DNA from: Alphaproteobacteria bacterium
GTDB lineage: Bacteria; Pseudomonadota; Alphaproteobacteria; M2410
Assembly (NCBI GenBank): GCA_030614785.1
Contig: JAUWTJ010000005.1
Coordinates: 4,144-68,143, forward strand
Direction of reading: 5' to 3'
Length of the DNA stretch: 64,000 nucleotides
The notes under the pieces were generated by a model. It had not been told where the DNA came from. It searched no databases and saw only the letters and a list, made by a program, of their open reading frames with translations. Position 1 is the first letter of the stretch, and each line of letters begins with the position of its first letter. Positions 32,308 through 42,570 of the stretch are shown here, one piece after another. The translations under genes were made by a program, and so were the position numbers.

Positions 32308-33213
32308 ATGGAACTGGTCGCAGACGGATTGAAATTCCCCGAGGGACCCATTGCAATGAGCGACGGGTCGATCATTCTCGTCGAAATCGCGCGGGGCACA
32401 CTGACCCGGGTTTTGCCTGATGGCGGGACGCAGGTCATTGTCCAGCTTGGCGGCGGCCCGAACGGTGCGGCCATGGGCCCCGATGGCGCAATTTATGTCT
32501 GCAACAATGGCGGCTTCACATGGATCGAGGCAGGCGACAGACTAATTCCGGGTGATGAGGCGGGCGATTATTCCGGCGGGCGCATCGAGCGCGTTGATCT
32601 TGCAACGGGCAAGGTCGAAACCCTCTACACAGAATGCGACGGCAATCCACTCAAAGGCCCGAACGATATCGTCTTCGATAAAGAGGGCGGCATGTGGTTC
32701 ACCGATCACGGCAAGGCGCATGGCCGTCTGCGCGACCGGGGCGCAGTCTTCTATGCAAAACCCGATGGCAGTTCAATTACGCAGATGGTGTTCCCGATGG
32801 AAGCGCCCAACGGCATAGGTCTCTCTCCGGATGAGGACTTCCTTTATGTCGCCGAAACACCAACCGCGCGGCTGTGGAAATTCAAAATCAGCGCGCCGGG
32901 ACAAATAGAGTCGCAAGGCCCCTTCACAGGGGAATGTATCGCTGGCATGGGAGGCCATCAGTACTTTGACTCTCTTGCCGTGGACGCCGAGGGCAATATC
33001 TGTGTCGCGACGATCATCAACGGCGGCATTACATCCATTTCACCCGATGGAAAAACCGTTCGCCATATCCCCACCGAGGATGGCCTGACCACCAACATCT
33101 GTTTTGGCGGTGGCGACCTGAAGACAGCTTACATCTGCCTCTCCTCGACAGGGCAATTGGTCAAAACCACATGGGACGTCGCCGGCTTGCCGCTGAATTT
33201 CCTCAACACCTGA
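32308..33213 (+). CDS. SMP-30/gluconolactonase/LRE-family protein
   Basis: Beta-propeller-type sequence with the N-terminal LxFPEGP motif. Confidence 0.8.
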   Translation: MELVADGLKFPEGPIAMSDGSIILVEIARGTLTRVLPDGGTQVIVQLGGGPNGAAMGPDGAIYVCNNGGFTWIEAGDRLIPGDEAGDYSGGRIERVDLATGKVETLYTECDGNPLKGPNDIVFDKEGGMWFTDHGKAHGRLRDRGAVFYAKPDGSSITQMVFPMEAPNGIGLSPDEDFLYVAETPTARLWKFKISAPGQIESQGPFTGECIAGMGGHQYFDSLAVDAEGNICVATIINGGITSISPDGKTVRHIPTEDGLTTNICFGGGDLKTAYICLSSTGQLVKTTWDVAGLPLNFLNT

Positions 33214-33239
33214 GCGACCGAGCGTACCGCAATTGTGCT

Positions 33240-33968
33240 TTAGTTCAGCTCAAAGGTGATGGTGACACTGGCACTGATCTGGCTCTCGCCGACAGCGATA
33301 GCAACAGAGCTCATGCTCTCGGCCTTCATTCTGGCTTGCCTTGGTTGCGGCGTGCCGCTGTGTTGCTCCTGGAAGGTCAGGATTTTGCCAAGACCAATTT
33401 CTGCAGTTTCCGCGTAGAGGGCGGCTTTCCGTTTGGCATCCAGGATCGCGTTTATTCGCGCCTTGTCGACAAGCGGCTCTGGATCAGAAAAGCCAAAGGA
33501 GATCCCGTTCATGGCGTTGGCACCATCGCCAACGGCGGTATCGAGGATCTTGCCGAAACGATCAAGGTCACGAACAATGACATGAACCTGATTTGACACA
33601 CGGTATCCGTCGATCCGGTTTTCTCTGTAGGAGGATCCAACCCGGTTTTTCGCATAGCGCGGGGAAACATCAAACCGGGAGGTCTGGATGTCTTTTTCCT
33701 TGATGCCGGCTTTTTTTAAACTGCTGAGAAGTGTCGCCATCTTCTGATTATTTTCGGCAAGGGCGGCCGTTGCGGTCTCGGCTTCGGACAGAACGCCGAG
33801 GTTAATCGTGGCAATATCAGGTTTGCCGGTTGCAATCCCGTTGCCCGAAACCGTCATCGTGCGGCTGGGGGCGCCGTCCTCGGTGGCTGCCAGGGCAGGG
33901 GCGGCAGCGAGGACAAATGCCAGCGCGCCGACGAGTGAGAGTCTGGTGATTGAGACAGAGTTCAACAT
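33240..33968 (-). CDS. SIMPL-domain protein (DUF541, periplasmic)
   Basis: Signal peptide followed by the characteristic SIMPL N-terminal region (TMTVSGNGIATGKPDIATINLGV); start taken at MLNSVS. Confidence 0.8.
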   Translation of the reverse strand: MLNSVSITRLSLVGALAFVLAAAPALAATEDGAPSRTMTVSGNGIATGKPDIATINLGVLSEAETATAALAENNQKMATLLSSLKKAGIKEKDIQTSRFDVSPRYAKNRVGSSYRENRIDGYRVSNQVHVIVRDLDRFGKILDTAVGDGANAMNGISFGFSDPEPLVDKARINAILDAKRKAALYAETAEIGLGKILTFQEQHSGTPQPRQARMKAESMSSVAIAVGESQISASVTITFELN

Positions 33969-34107
33969 GTTGCTCCTCCGGATATAGGCAAGACTTGTAA
34001 CGTCTCGGCACCATCCTACCGAAGATTTCGGCGACAAAGAGGCCGATGTATGAAATCCGGTACTTTAATTGTCCTGGATCGCCATATGGCACAATCCTGC
34101 CAAAGGC

Positions 34108-35172
34108 CTAGGCCGCCAGATCTCCAACATAGGAGGAGCGCGGCCGGATCAACCTGCCTGTGGTTTGCTGTTCGATGGCATGTGCCGTCCAGCCGACCGT
34201 GCGGCCAAGGCCAAAGACGCAGGTGAAGGTGCTGCGCGGGAACCCGAGCGCCTCCTGGAGAAGGGCTGTATAATACTCGACATTGGTTTCAAGCGGTCGG
34301 TCAGGTTTCCATTGGCGCAGCTGTGTCAGTATTTCGGTTTCCAGTCTTTCGGCGAACGCCAGACGGCCCTGGGTCTGGGGGAGGTCCCTGACTGCTTTCT
34401 TTAAAACCTCGGCACGCGGATCGCGGACCCGGTAGATCCTGTGGCCAAATCCCATCATGCGGCGACCGGATTCAAGTTCTTTCAGAATATAGCCACCTAC
34501 ATCGGGCGAGCTTTCAAGTTCATCCAGCAGGTCCAGCACCGGCCCCGGTGCTCCGCCATGAAGCGGTCCCTTGAGAGCGCAAAGTCCTGCAACGACAGAG
34601 GACACAAGACCGGCATCTGTCGAGGCAACGACCCGGGCCGCAAAGGTCGATGCGTTCATCCCGTGGTCTGCAACGGTGACAAGGTAGGCATCAAGGGCGG
34701 CGTGCTCTTCTGCTGTGGGGCTTTCGCCGCGTGCCATACGCAGGAAATCTTCTGCTGTCGACAGGGCAGCATCAGGCGCAATGAGAGCGCCGCCATTTTC
34801 CATACGGATGACCGCAGGCACAGCCACCGACATGGCCGCAAGACAAAGAAGATGTGGCGGCAGCTCATGCTCATCCGGCAGACTTGCCATCACCGCACGG
34901 ACACATTCAATCGGAGAAAGGCCTCTCAGGCCCGCCAGGATGGCCTCAACATGAGCAAAGATTTGAACACGAGCGGCCCCGAAATCTTTATCGCTACTGA
35001 CGTCGGCGAGCCCGCTCCAGAATTTTGGAACAAAGGTATCGAACGTGTCGCCTTCAACCCAGTCCTCGATGTCGCGGCCACGAACCACCAGGCGTCCGGC
35101 GTCTCCGTCCACCTTGCTGAGAATTGTTTCTACGGCGACGACGCCTTCCAGGCCTTCTTTGAATTCTGTCAT
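34108..35172 (-). CDS. Citrate synthase-family protein (short form, citryl-CoA lyase-like)
   Basis: Citrate-synthase catalytic blocks (HGGAPG..., GFGHRIYRVRDPRA). Confidence 0.8.
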   Translation of the reverse strand: MTEFKEGLEGVVAVETILSKVDGDAGRLVVRGRDIEDWVEGDTFDTFVPKFWSGLADVSSDKDFGAARVQIFAHVEAILAGLRGLSPIECVRAVMASLPDEHELPPHLLCLAAMSVAVPAVIRMENGGALIAPDAALSTAEDFLRMARGESPTAEEHAALDAYLVTVADHGMNASTFAARVVASTDAGLVSSVVAGLCALKGPLHGGAPGPVLDLLDELESSPDVGGYILKELESGRRMMGFGHRIYRVRDPRAEVLKKAVRDLPQTQGRLAFAERLETEILTQLRQWKPDRPLETNVEYYTALLQEALGFPRSTFTCVFGLGRTVGWTAHAIEQQTTGRLIRPRSSYVGDLAA

Positions 35173-35286
35173 ATCGTTCCTTTCGGTTGGTCCTTCAATT
35201 TGCCCGGACTAAACATTGACTTGACACATATCGTCAATCTTGATTTTATAAATCAATATAAAGTAATTGATCAACATGTGAGCTTG

Positions 35287-36522
35287 ATGGATAGAGAAGC
35301 TGAAAAGGGCGGATTACCGGTCTATTTGAATGCTCGGGAAGCGGCAGCGGAGCTCGATGTTTCGCTGGCGACGCTCTACGCCTACGTCAGCCGCGGACTT
35401 GTGCGCTCGGAAAATGTGGGGTCCAGCCGGGCCAAGCGGTATCGCGGAGATGATGTGCGGGCGCTGGTGGCGCGCCGCCGCCCGGCCCAGGCTGAAGAGC
35501 GCAAGAAGAATCGCGCTTTGAGCTGGGGTGCGCCGGTCATGGATTCTGCCATCACCTTGATCAGCGATGAAGGTCTTTATTACCGGGGGCGAAATGCCAT
35601 CGCGCTTGCCGAGGAAGCCAGCCTTGAGACGGTTGCAACCCTTCTGTGGCGTGCGACGACAAATCCGTTCACCGAGCAAAAGACGGGCCTTGGCGAAGAG
35701 ATCCTCAAAGCTTACGGGGATATCATGGCACCGCTCGGGGTCATCGAGCGTGGCATGACTTTGCTGCCAGCCCTTGCGCTCAGGGATCCTGGCGCTTTCA
35801 CCATGGCGGGCCCACCCGTCATGAAGGCCGGCGTTCGTCTCATGCGGGTTTTCGCCGCTGCTATTACAGATCGTCCGCTCGGTGACGATCCGCTCCACGA
35901 AGTGCTCACCCATGCCTGGGACCCTGAGGATAAAGGTGAAACGTCGGACCTCATTCGCCGCGCCCTCGTGCTATCAGCAGATCATGAGCTTAATGCGTCT
36001 ACGTTCACAGTGCGCTGTGTCGCCTCAACCGGCAGCAGCGTCTATTATGCTGTTGTTGCCGGCCTCGGCGCTATGAAAGGGTATCGACACGGCGGTATGA
36101 CGGCCAGCGCCTGGGCATTTCTTGAAGGAGCGGGTGCAGGGGACGTGGAAACTTTGGTTGCCGAGCGGTTGACCCGGGGCGAAGATATTCCCGGCTTTGG
36201 CCATCCGGTCTATGAAAACGGTGATCCCAGAGCGACAGCCCTGTTGGAAGCAATGGGCCGGCACGAGAGATACGCGCAGACGGCAGAGACTTTGAATGGT
36301 CTCATCGAGGTGGTGGCGAGTATGACCGGGCGCGCGCCCAATATTGATCTCATCCTTGCCGGAATTGCCCAAAAACTGGGTCTGGGGCCGGAGCCTGCCA
36401 TGGCGATCTTTGCGCTTGGAAGAACGGCCGGGTGGATTGCCCATGCGATTGAACAGGCGTCCTCGCGCCAGCTCATCCGCCCTCGCGCCCGCTACATTGG
36501 CGAGCCGATCAAGGCGTCTTGA
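35287..36522 (+). CDS. Citrate synthase-like protein with N-terminal helix-turn-helix (excisionase/MerR-type) DNA-binding domain
   Basis: N-terminus LNAREAAAELDVSLATLYAYVSRGLVRS is a typical HTH; the C-terminus has citrate-synthase blocks (GYRHGG, GFGHPVYENGDPRA). The annotated 693-aa ORF from 34441 is rejected because its first half is antisense to the neighbouring gene. Confidence 0.75.
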   Translation: MDREAEKGGLPVYLNAREAAAELDVSLATLYAYVSRGLVRSENVGSSRAKRYRGDDVRALVARRRPAQAEERKKNRALSWGAPVMDSAITLISDEGLYYRGRNAIALAEEASLETVATLLWRATTNPFTEQKTGLGEEILKAYGDIMAPLGVIERGMTLLPALALRDPGAFTMAGPPVMKAGVRLMRVFAAAITDRPLGDDPLHEVLTHAWDPEDKGETSDLIRRALVLSADHELNASTFTVRCVASTGSSVYYAVVAGLGAMKGYRHGGMTASAWAFLEGAGAGDVETLVAERLTRGEDIPGFGHPVYENGDPRATALLEAMGRHERYAQTAETLNGLIEVVASMTGRAPNIDLILAGIAQKLGLGPEPAMAIFALGRTAGWIAHAIEQASSRQLIRPRARYIGEPIKAS

Positions 36523-37576
36523 TCGCCACGGGCTCTTCAAGGGGCTGGAGGGTCTTGAAAAGCTCAGCCGCGCCGGGGTGCCCGCCCGTGGCGGCAATAT
36601 CGAGCCAGTGGATCGCCTTGGGCACATCCTTGCGCACTCCCTGACCCTGCAGAAGGGCTAGCGCGAGGCGGTACTGTGCGTCTGAATTTGACTCCAGAGC
36701 GAGGCCACGCCAAAGGGTAACAGCGCCGCTGCGTTCGCCGCGGGTGAATTTTTTCTGTGCCTGAACAAGGGCCTTCTCATCATTTTTGCGCACAAGAAAG
36801 CCGCCGGACTCTGATACATCACCTGCTCCTGCCATTGTCTTCAGACTGGTCGAAGTTTCCAGATCAAGATCGGCCTCATCACTGCCCCTGGATGTTTCCA
36901 GAACGACGGGTTCCTTGCGGGCATCCAGCTGGCGATAGTGTTCAAGGGCACTTGAGTGGCCAGCATCAATAGCCCAGCCGTAGAGCTTCTTTGCAAGTTC
37001 GACATTACCCGGGCTGGTATGGCCATCCTCGATCATTGTGGCGAGTTTATATTGGGCATGGGCATGACCGGCGCGCGCCGCCCGGGCATACCACTGGGCC
37101 GCCAGCTTGTAACTCTGCGGGACGCCGTCTCCCTCATAGAAAAGTTCGGCCAGATTGACCTGCGCGCTTGTCAGTCCGCGCTTTGCGGCAATCGAATACC
37201 ACTTTGCAGCTTCCTCAGCGTTGGCCTGGACACCCATGCCGCGGCGCAGCAAGTGAGCAAGATTGCGCATCGCTGCCAGGTCGCCCTGTTTTGCAATGGA
37301 AAGCCACAGATCATAGGCGCGGGTATAGTGATGGGCATCATAGGCCCGAAGGCCGTCATCGAAGATTTCAGTAAAACGGCCGCCAGGCTCTGTCGGCTCC
37401 GGGGCGAGCATTTCGTTCGCATCTTCGGCGCTTGCGGGCGCCGCCGCGTTTGCAGGCAGACCGACCCCCGAGAGGCACACAATCAGGCAGCAGAAGAACC
37501 GCCGCCTTCTCAGCTTCAGGTTTTTCGCCAGAAAGGTCTGAAGTACAGCCTCAAGTCCCGTCACAAGCCTCATCCC
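36509..37576 (-). CDS. Sel1-repeat (TPR-like) protein, secreted
   Basis: Multiple Sel1 repeats (AQYKLATMIEDG..., LAELFYEGDGVPQ..., MRNLAHLLRRGMGV); signal-like N-terminus; start uncertain (37576 or 37672). Confidence 0.75.
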   Translation of the reverse strand, partial: GMRLVTGLEAVLQTFLAKNLKLRRRRFFCCLIVCLSGVGLPANAAAPASAEDANEMLAPEPTEPGGRFTEIFDDGLRAYDAHHYTRAYDLWLSIAKQGDLAAMRNLAHLLRRGMGVQANAEEAAKWYSIAAKRGLTSAQVNLAELFYEGDGVPQSYKLAAQWYARAARAGHAHAQYKLATMIEDGHTSPGNVELAKKLYGWAIDAGHSSALEHYRQLDARKEPVVLETSRGSDEADLDLETSTSLKTMAGAGDVSESGGFLVRKNDEKALVQAQKKFTRGERSGAVTLWRGLALESNSDAQYRLALALLQGQGVRKDVPKAIHWLDIAATGGHPGAAELFKTLQPLEEPVAIKTP

Positions 37577-38040
37577 ATGATCGCCCATGTTCCATCCCGC
37601 TGCCGACACGCTGTCCCGTTTGAGCGTGATGTGCTCTGTTCTATGTAAATCGTATTCGTGAAGCGGCGGCACGTGATCCGGTCTGATGTTCTCCAGGTGG
37701 TCATGGCAACAAAGGAACCATGATGACGGGAGTGTCGGTTACGCCAGGTGTCGGCATGGTCATCCGCGCCATGATCAAGTACCGAAAGAGCCAGCGCGGT
37801 CATTAATGTCAGATCCTCGTCGTTCAGGGCATCAGCGATGTTGTCGCCATTGACCCGGCCAAGAAGGTGACCAAGAACGGCCAGATCATGGTCCTCTCCC
37901 AATACTTCCGAGCCGGTGACCGAACCACCGACAGGCCCGGTAACCTTGTTGACCTCATCGTTTTTTACGTAAAGGCAGGCCGAGACGAGAAGGAGGCTGG
38001 CAACTGCTGCAACGTGGCGAAGGGAAGACCTTGCATTCAT
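37570..38040 (-). CDS. Hypothetical lipoprotein with His/Asp-rich segment
   Basis: Good AAGGAA ribosome-binding site, lipobox LLVSAC, His/Asp-rich stretch (DHGADDHADTWRNRHSRHH). The C-terminal third overlaps the Sel1 gene region and looks less protein-like. Confidence 0.4.
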   Translation of the reverse strand: MNARSSLRHVAAVASLLLVSACLYVKNDEVNKVTGPVGGSVTGSEVLGEDHDLAVLGHLLGRVNGDNIADALNDEDLTLMTALALSVLDHGADDHADTWRNRHSRHHGSFVAMTTWRTSDRITCRRFTNTIYIEQSTSRSNGTACRQRDGTWAIMG

Positions 38041-38193
38041 CTATCTTTTCCTTGCAAATCTGACTAAGCCTTGGCACCGCGTGTTGGGCCGTTGATAATC
38101 TCGCATATTGAACACGCTGGCGGCTATCATAACCTGATTTGCCCCTGATTGAGAATATTTGAGGGTCTTGCCCTCAGCCGGGATACCAAAACA

Positions 38194-38883
38194 ATGTCAA
38201 ACTACGGTGATTTTGATATGATGGCCCTGGAAAGTAACGGATTGGTGAATATGGAAAAGCGACAGGAAAAAGAAGAACCTGATGAGGCGGTCTTTACGTC
38301 TGAAGATCCGATAAGGTTATTTTCTGACTGGCTGGACGCGGCCTCAAAAAAAGAACTCAATGATCCCACGGCAATGTCTCTCGCGACTGTGGATGTCACA
38401 GGCATGCCCAATGTCAGGATGATCCTCCTCAAGCAAGCCGACGAGGACGGTTTCGTGTTTTATACCAATCTTGAAAGCCGGAAGGGTGAGGAGCTGATTG
38501 CCAACCCGAAGGCAGCCCTCTGTTTCCATTGGAAAACCTTGCGCCGATCTGTGCGGGTGCAGGGACTTGTTGAGCGTGTCACCGATGAAGAGGCTGACGC
38601 CTATTTCGCAAGCCGTCCGAAGGACAGTCAAATTGGCGCCTGGGCATCCCGCCAGTCAAGACCGCTCAAGGGGCGATTTGAGCTCGAAACGGAAGTTGCG
38701 AAGTTCGGCGCAAAATATGCTCTGACCAAAGTGCCGCGCCCGCCGCAGTGGTCCGGTTTCAGAGTGCGGCCGGTACAGATCGAATTCTGGCGTGATCGAT
38801 GGTTCCGCCTTCACGACCGATTGAAATTTGAGCGCGGCAGTGATGCTAAAGGCGATTGGAAAAGTCAGCGGCTTTTCCCCTGA
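38194..38883 (+). CDS. pdxH: Pyridoxamine 5'-phosphate oxidase
   Basis: The C-terminal signature [19 protein letters not shown] is characteristic of PdxH. Confidence 0.9.
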   Translation: MSNYGDFDMMALESNGLVNMEKRQEKEEPDEAVFTSEDPIRLFSDWLDAASKKELNDPTAMSLATVDVTGMPNVRMILLKQADEDGFVFYTNLESRKGEELIANPKAALCFHWKTLRRSVRVQGLVERVTDEEADAYFASRPKDSQIGAWASRQSRPLKGRFELETEVAKFGAKYALTKVPRPPQWSGFRVRPVQIEFWRDRWFRLHDRLKFERGSDAKGDWKSQRLFP

Positions 38884-38904
38884 CAGGATTGGAGATACTC
38901 TACC

Positions 38905-39858
38905 GTGAGTAGCGAGGATGTGGTGAAAGAAGAAAACGGCCATACGGAAGAGAGCGATCATGTCGTCTCTGCCGGTCGCCTGATGACTGCAGCAACCGTG
39001 TGGGCTGTCGCGGCATCATCCTTTCTTGTTATCATCAAATTCATAGCATGGGTGATGACGGGTTCGGTTTCTATGCTGGGTAGTCTCATCGACTCCGTTA
39101 TGGATGTGCTTGCAAGTACAACAAATTTCTTCGCAGTGCGCCATGCTCTGATCCCCCCGGACAGCGATCACCGCTTTGGCCACGGCAAGGCGGAGGCTTT
39201 GGCCGGGCTTGGCCAGTTCGCCTTTATCAGCGGGTCGGCAGTTTTCCTTGCCCTCCAATCCGGAGAACGACTGCTTCATCCGGTTGCTCTTGGTCAGACA
39301 GCTGTGGGGTATGTGGTCATTTCCTTTTCGCTCGCGGTGACCCTGGCGCTGGTCAGTTTCCAGCGCTACGTCGTCGGTAAAACCGGGTCGCTCGCGATCG
39401 GCGCGGATGAGATGCACTACCGCTCTGATTTTTTGATGAACCTTGGTGTTTTAGCGGCGATCGCACTGAGTACAACAGGCTGGTTCAAGGGCGCCGATGC
39501 CGTTTTCGGATTTGCAATTGCCGGGTATCTCGGATTTTCGGCGTGGACGATTATGCGCAGATCGTTTGATGAACTGATGGACAAGGAATTTGACGACGTG
39601 GATCGCCAGAAAATACGCGCGATTGTCCTCGAGTTCCCCGAGGTTAGGGGGATGCATGATCTCAGGACGCGCCGTTCAGGGGTTCGTGCCTTTATTCAAT
39701 TGCATATGGAGCTTGATGGCGACATGAAGCTGATGGACGCGCATCATGTCGCTGACAAGGTCGAAGCGAAAATTCAGGATGCGTTTGTTGGCGCAGAAGT
39801 AATAATTCATGAAGACCCGGCAGACTATGAGACACCAAGTGAACTCCAGCGATCCTGA
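38905..39858 (+). CDS. Cation diffusion facilitator family transporter
   Basis: Six TM helices plus a C-terminal cytoplasmic domain; HxxxD motifs typical of the CDF family. Confidence 0.88.
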   Translation: MSSEDVVKEENGHTEESDHVVSAGRLMTAATVWAVAASSFLVIIKFIAWVMTGSVSMLGSLIDSVMDVLASTTNFFAVRHALIPPDSDHRFGHGKAEALAGLGQFAFISGSAVFLALQSGERLLHPVALGQTAVGYVVISFSLAVTLALVSFQRYVVGKTGSLAIGADEMHYRSDFLMNLGVLAAIALSTTGWFKGADAVFGFAIAGYLGFSAWTIMRRSFDELMDKEFDDVDRQKIRAIVLEFPEVRGMHDLRTRRSGVRAFIQLHMELDGDMKLMDAHHVADKVEAKIQDAFVGAEVIIHEDPADYETPSELQRS

Positions 39859-39894
39859 CTTTCGGTTTGCTGTCACCATGAAGGAAAAGACCTG

Positions 39895-40644
39895 ATGCCA
39901 GGAGCTAAAAAGGCTGCGGCCAAAACCCTGATTTTAACCGGGGCGAGCCGGGGTATTGGTCATGCAACGGTCAAACGGTTTTCGTCTGCTGGCTGGCGTG
40001 TTATCACCTGCAGCCGCAATGCTTTTCCTGAAGATTGCCCTTGGGATGCGGGCCCTGAAGACCACATTCAGGTTGATCTGTCGGATCCTGATGACGTTGA
40101 TCGTGCAATCGGCGAGATGCACAAAAGGCTTAAGGGATGCACGCTCTCGGCTCTTGTAAACAATGCCGGAATATCCCCCAAAGGACCCGAAGGCGAGCGT
40201 CTGGGAACCCTCAACATGGACATCAAATCCTGGCTTCACGTCTTCCACGTCAATCTGTTTTCGACGATTCAACTGGCGAGCGGCTTGAGAGAAGAGCTTG
40301 TGGCCGGTGAGGCGAAAATTGTCAACGTCACATCCATTGCCGGTAGCCGCGTTCATCCTTTCGCCGGTGCTGCCTATGCGACCTCAAAAGCCGCCCTTGC
40401 TGCAATGACACGGGAGATGGCCGCTGACTTCGGTCCTCTGGGAGTGCGCGTCAATGCCATTGCTCCAGGAGAAATCGACACATCCATTCTGTCACCGGGA
40501 ACCGATAAACTGGTCGATGAAATTCCGCTCAGGCGTCTCGGAATGCCAGAGGAAGTTGCCAAGGCCATCTACTATTTGTGCACAGATCAATCGAGTTACG
40601 TAACCGGAACAGAATTGCACGTTAACGGCGGGCAACACGTTTAG
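39895..40644 (+). CDS. SDR-family oxidoreductase
   Basis: TGASRGIG Rossmann motif, NNAG and YxxxK. Confidence 0.85.
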   Translation: MPGAKKAAAKTLILTGASRGIGHATVKRFSSAGWRVITCSRNAFPEDCPWDAGPEDHIQVDLSDPDDVDRAIGEMHKRLKGCTLSALVNNAGISPKGPEGERLGTLNMDIKSWLHVFHVNLFSTIQLASGLREELVAGEAKIVNVTSIAGSRVHPFAGAAYATSKAALAAMTREMAADFGPLGVRVNAIAPGEIDTSILSPGTDKLVDEIPLRRLGMPEEVAKAIYYLCTDQSSYVTGTELHVNGGQHV

Positions 40645-41150
40645 TTGTGTTTTTTCTTGTGCTCACTATGACGACTGCGCTCGGCGGCTTCTCGCATTGA
40701 CAGGACCGGCACGGTCGCCGTCATATCCCCCGCGGTTTCAAAGCTGAAAGTAATTCGGGTCTCGCCGCCAGCGACAAGCGGTGCCGCGAGATCAAACATC
40801 ATGATATGATAACCACCAGGTTTGAACTCGATGTGAGCGCCGGGCGCGATGTCGAGGCTTTCGACGGCCTTCATCCGCGTGACGTCCGATACAGTAACAT
40901 GGTTGTGCACCGCGCAGCGCGCGGCATCAGCACAGGAAACACCAAGGAGGCGATCTCCCGTTTCTGCCTTGTTGTGGATAGTGACATAGGCGGCTGAGTT
41001 GGGGTTTTGTCCAAGGCTCGCTCGCGCCCAGCCGTGGGCCACATGCAGTTTGTCATGATCCATGCCGTCATCTCCGCTCTCTGCCGCTGCTATCGAGGTA
41101 AAACCGGGTAAGAAAAGCGCGATGACAAGAGAGTAGAGTATAGTTCGCAT
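40641..41150 (-). CDS. Copper chaperone PCu(A)C (DUF461)
   Basis: Signal peptide followed by a periplasmic copper-binding H(M)x10Mx21HxM-type region (HIMMFD). Confidence 0.75.
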   Translation of the reverse strand: MRTILYSLVIALFLPGFTSIAAAESGDDGMDHDKLHVAHGWARASLGQNPNSAAYVTIHNKAETGDRLLGVSCADAARCAVHNHVTVSDVTRMKAVESLDIAPGAHIEFKPGGYHIMMFDLAAPLVAGGETRITFSFETAGDMTATVPVLSMREAAERSRHSEHKKKHN

Positions 41151-41340
41151 GGTAATTGCCTGACCTGAGTATCAATCTGTGGCCCGGGTGTCCCGGGAAT
41201 TGGCCGCACCTTAGCAAAGGGAATCGTTCCGGGAAAGGCCGTGTCATACACATATTGAGAAAGGTTCTTGCTCTCGATAGGCTCAAGGTTGGAAATTGAT
41301 GACAGAGCGATTGTCGCTCATGTGAAGATGGGGTGTGAAG

Positions 41341-42105
41341 ATGGGCAATGCCATGAGCCTGATTCCTAAATTGGCGGCGCTGGTTGCCCTGGTCGCAGTC
41401 TCTTTGGGGGTTCTTTCCGGAACCGGGTACAAAGCCGAGTGGTGGAGTATTCCGATTGCCTTCAAGATGCTTGAGTGGGCTCTCTATACAGGCGGCGGTG
41501 CAGCTGCGCTGGGGCTTGTCAGTTTGTTTGTCAGCAAACAACGAGGCCTTGCCATCGGGATCATTGTAGCAGGCGGCGGCATTGGGCTGTTCATCCTGAT
41601 GCAGGTCCTGACGGGCGGCAAGGTGCCCATGATCCACGATATTACGACCGATACAGAAAACCCGCCGCAGTTCGTCAAGATCGTTGCGCTGAGAGGTGAA
41701 AACTCAAATTCGCTGGATTACACCAACGCCGTGGCGCCCGTCGCTCGTGGTTCTGAAGAAACCAGATCTGTGCGGGAGCTTCAGGAGGGGTTCTACACCG
41801 ACATCAAGCCGCTCGATCTCGACGCCGGAACCGGATCTTGTTTTTCGCTGGTGGCTGAAGTGGCAGGAGACCAGGGCTGGGAGATGGTCAATGTAGATCC
41901 CGAAGCATTGATCGTTGAAGCGACTGACACCACATTCTGGTTCGGCTTCAAGGATGATGTGGTCATTCGCGTGACGGGCGACACAATGTCCTGCCGTGTG
42001 GATATGCGCTCGGTGTCGCGGGTTGGCATCTCGGATGTTGGCGTCAATGCCGACCGCATCAAGACCTATATGGCGGCGCTCGAAAAGGCATCGAAACGGT
42101 CCTGA
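41341..42105 (+). CDS. DUF1499-domain membrane protein
   Basis: Two N-terminal TM helices followed by a DUF1499-like C-terminal domain (family assignment from memory); start could be the GTG at 41335. Confidence 0.65.
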   Translation: MGNAMSLIPKLAALVALVAVSLGVLSGTGYKAEWWSIPIAFKMLEWALYTGGGAAALGLVSLFVSKQRGLAIGIIVAGGGIGLFILMQVLTGGKVPMIHDITTDTENPPQFVKIVALRGENSNSLDYTNAVAPVARGSEETRSVRELQEGFYTDIKPLDLDAGTGSCFSLVAEVAGDQGWEMVNVDPEALIVEATDTTFWFGFKDDVVIRVTGDTMSCRVDMRSVSRVGISDVGVNADRIKTYMAALEKASKRS

Positions 42106-42333
42106 CGCCCAATCATGAGTCCGATCAGGAGCGAGGCATTGCGGTGACGGTTGCCCCAATGCAGCTCAGGCACTTCCAGGTGGTGCATATTTGCAGCACG
42201 TTTCCCAATATTTCAGAGTATGGGGCGATTATTCTCGAATATTGCGTCCATTTGCGTTTGTCTTTGTTTCACCTGAGTCCATTAACGCCGCTGCAAGAAG
42301 CGTTATTTATAGTGAACGAGCCTTAAGGCTCTG

Positions 42334-42570
42334 GTGGTGGACGCCAGGGGGGATGGAAACGGGAGGATAAATCCGATGGTGCGCGTCGAACAACCGGGAC
42401 AGATCGTGGAACACAGTGGACCCAAACACGGGTTCGCCAAACCGGCTCAGCCGGGCGATGTTGATGCCATCCTGGAAAGTGGCCCCGAGATTTCTGCCCT
42501 TGAACATGCGATCCGCATGGCCCCTGCCGGCTGGAGCTTTGAGGACGATGGCGAGGGTCGTTCGCGCTGA
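42334..42570 (+). CDS. Questionable small ORF (78 codons)
   Basis: No ribosome-binding site noted; Gly/Pro-rich; retained only as a possibility. Confidence 0.15.
   Translation: MVDARGDGNGRINPMVRVEQPGQIVEHSGPKHGFAKPAQPGDVDAILESGPEISALEHAIRMAPAGWSFEDDGEGRSR

Noticed and set aside
34441-36522. 693-aa ORF in the six-frame track
   Set aside because: Its N-terminal 280 codons are antisense to the citrate-synthase gene at 34108-35172 and look non-coding. The real gene starts at the ATG at 35287 (MDREAEK...), where the HTH domain begins.
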